Origin: the human T2T-CHM13v2.0 reference genome, Homo sapiens
Reading direction: 5' to 3' (one strand)
NCBI RefSeq assembly: GCF_009914755.1
Contig: NC_060942.1
Length of the DNA: 64,000 nt
In this document: positions 62,268-64,000 of the stretch, in pieces
How the letters are laid out: each line of letters begins with the position of its first letter
Numbering within the stretch: the stretch's first letter is position 1
Made by a program: the position numbers and the translations under genes
Notes under the pieces: model-generated
Told to the model about the DNA's origin: nothing
What the model saw: the letters and a program-made list of their open reading frames with translations, nothing else
The model's database searches: none

Positions 62268-64000
62268 CATTCTCAGAAACTTGTTTGTGATGTGTGCCCT
62301 CTAGTGACAGAGTTGAACCTTTCTTTTCATAGAGCAGTTTTGAAACACTCTTTTTGTAGAATCTGCAAGAGGATATTTGCATAGCTTGGAGGATTTCGTG
62401 GGAAACGGGATTGTCTTCAGGTAAAATCTAGACAGAAGCATTCTCAGAAACTTCTTTGGGATGTTTGCATTCAAGTCACAGAGTAGAACATTCCCTTTGG
62501 TAGAGCAGGTTTGAAACACTCTTTTTGTAGTATCTGGAAGTGGACATTTGGAGCGCTTTCAGGCCTATGTTGGAAAGGGAAATATCTTCCCGTAACAACT
62601 AGGCAGAAGCATTCTCAGAAACTTATTTGAGATGTGTGTACTCAACTAAGAGAATTGAACCACCGTTTTGAAGGAGCAGTTTTGAAACACTCTTTTTCTG
62701 GAATCTGCAAGAGGATATTTGCCTAGCCTTGAGGATTTAGTTGGAAACGGGATTGTCTTCAGATCAAATCTAGACAGAAGCATTCTCAGAAACTTCTTTG
62801 GGATGTTTGCATTCAAGTCACAGAGTAGAACATTCCCTTTGGTAGAGCAGGTTTGAAACACTCTTTTTGTAGTATCTGGAAGTGGACATTTGGAGCGCTT
62901 TCAGGCCTATGTTGGAAAGGGAAATATCTTCCCGTAACAACTAGGCAGAAGCATTCTCAGAAACTTATTTGAGATGTGTGTACTCAACTAAGAGAATTGA
63001 ACCACCGTTTTGAAGGAGCAGTTTTGAAACACTCTTTTTCTGGAATCTGCAAGAGGATATTTGCCTAGCCTTGAGGATTTCGTTGGAAACGGGATTGTCT
63101 TCAGATCAAATCTAGACAGAAGCATTCTCAGAAACTTCTTTGGGATGTTTGCATTCAAGTCACAGAGTAGAACATTCCCTTTGGTAGAGCAGGTTTGAAA
63201 CACTCTTTTTTTAGTATATGGAAGTGGACATTTGGAGCGCTTTCAGGCCTACGTTGGAAAAGGAAATATCTTCCCATAACAACTAGACAGAAGCATTCTC
63301 AGAAACTAGTTTCTGATGTGTGTCCTCAACTAACACAGTTGAACATTTCTTTAGACAGAACAGTTTTGAAACACTCTTTTTGTGGAATCTGCAAGTGGCT
63401 ATTTGGCTAGATTTGAGGATTTCGTTGGAAACGGGATTACATATAAAAAGCAGACAGCAGCATTCTCAGAAAGTTCTTTGTGATGATTGCATTCAAGTCA
63501 CAGAATTGAACATTCCCTTTCACAGAGCAGGTTTGAAACACTCTTTTTGTAGTGTGTGTAAGTGGACATTTGGAGCACTTTCCGGCCTAAGGTGAAAAAG
63601 GAAATATCTTCCCATAAAAACTAGACAGAAGCACTCTCAGAAACTTACTCGTGATGTGTGTCCTCAACTAAAGGAGTAGAACCTTTCTTTTCATAGAGAA
63701 GTTTTGAAACGCTCTTTTTGTGGAATCTGCAAGTGGATATTTGGCTAGTTTTGAGGATTTCGTTGGAAGCGGGAATTCATACAAATTGCAGACTGCAGCG
63801 TTCTGAGAAACATCTTTGTGATGTTTGTATTCAGGACACAGAGTTGAACATTCCCTATCATAGAGCAGGTTTGAATCACTCCTTTTGTAGTATCTGGAAG
63901 TGGACATTTGGAGCGCTTTCAGGCCTATGATGGAAAAGGAAATATCTTCCCATAACAACTAGACAGAAGCATTCTCAGAAACTTATTTGAGATGTGTGTA
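62268..64000 (+). repeat. 14-mer HOR structural variant, truncated by the window end; dimer duplicated at 62610-62951 / 62952-63293
   Basis: Landmark spacing 60943 to 63320 = 2377 bp; duplicate ORFs at 62646 and 62988. Confidence 0.93.
62736..62752 (+). promoter_or_regulatory. Inactivated CENP-B box (TTTAGTTGGAAACGGGA; C>A at 62739 in the core TTCG)
   Basis: gaggatttagttggaaacggg here versus gaggatttcgttggaaacggg in other c monomers. Confidence 0.85.

Larger units (their letters stand above)
1..64000 (+). repeat. Alpha-satellite higher-order repeat array: ~171-bp monomers in a dimeric A/B organisation, 2035-bp 12-mer HOR, homogeneous (live-type) centromeric array
   Basis: Head-to-tail 167-171 bp monomers begin cattctcagaaa or cgttctgagaaa throughout. 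CENP-B boxes occur every 337-342 bp. A once-per-HOR landmark (the 'MSSTNT' ORF start) recurs at 1259, 3294, 5671, 7706 ... 60943, 63320, mostly 2035 bp apart. HOR copies differ by only a few SNVs. Confidence 0.99.

Noticed and set aside
240-63958. Roughly 240 short ORFs (61-97 aa) on both strands
   Set aside because: They recur with the HOR period, overlap on both strands, many begin at non-ATG codons, and they show no recognisable domain. They are chance open frames in satellite DNA and were used here only as position markers.
1-64000. CRISPR-like array (conserved motifs at regular spacing)
   Set aside because: The intervening sequence is itself repeated rather than unique spacer, the period is ~171 bp, and there are no cas genes.
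1-64000. Hidden L1/Alu/viral insertion, inversion or unique island
   Set aside because: All landmark spacings are accounted for by 2034/2035, 2377 or 2709/2710 bp. I saw no poly-A tail, target-site duplication or strand switch.
1-64000. A previously undescribed gene-encoded biological system
   Set aside because: Nothing in the window supports one. The content is a known class of centromeric satellite, and any novelty is limited to its variant and recombination structure.

Overview
The whole 64 kb window is one uninterrupted, single-orientation alpha-satellite higher-order-repeat (HOR) array, the kind found at human centromeres. The canonical unit is a 2035-bp 12-mer. I label its monomers a-l (lengths 171,171,171,171,167,171,167,171,167,170,167,171), starting for example at 2584. 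CENP-B-box monomers alternate strictly with pJalpha-type monomers. Two EcoRI sites per unit give 675 + 1360 bp fragments. The 12-mer size, dimeric organisation and EcoRI pattern best fit the live chromosome 18 array D18Z1 (S2C18H1L, suprachromosomal family 2); this is recognised from memory, not from a search. Between the 30 copies of a once-per-HOR landmark there are 23 12-mer intervals (2034-2035 bp), three 14-mer intervals (2377 bp) and three 16-mer intervals (2709-2710 bp). A fourth 14-mer lies at the window start. I saw no genes, transposon insertions, inversions or CRISPR arrays, and all listed ORFs are satellite artefacts. I found no new gene-encoded system. The real signal is a readable record of array turnover: a length-neutral out-of-register conversion tract in three copies, length variants explained by internal homology blocks, nested multi-HOR duplications (offsets 4070, 4745, 6447, 8814, 10517, 12884 and 26441 bp), and near-perfect conservation of CENP-B box core bases. 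All comparisons were made by eye and from ORF-track spacing, so block boundaries are approximate.
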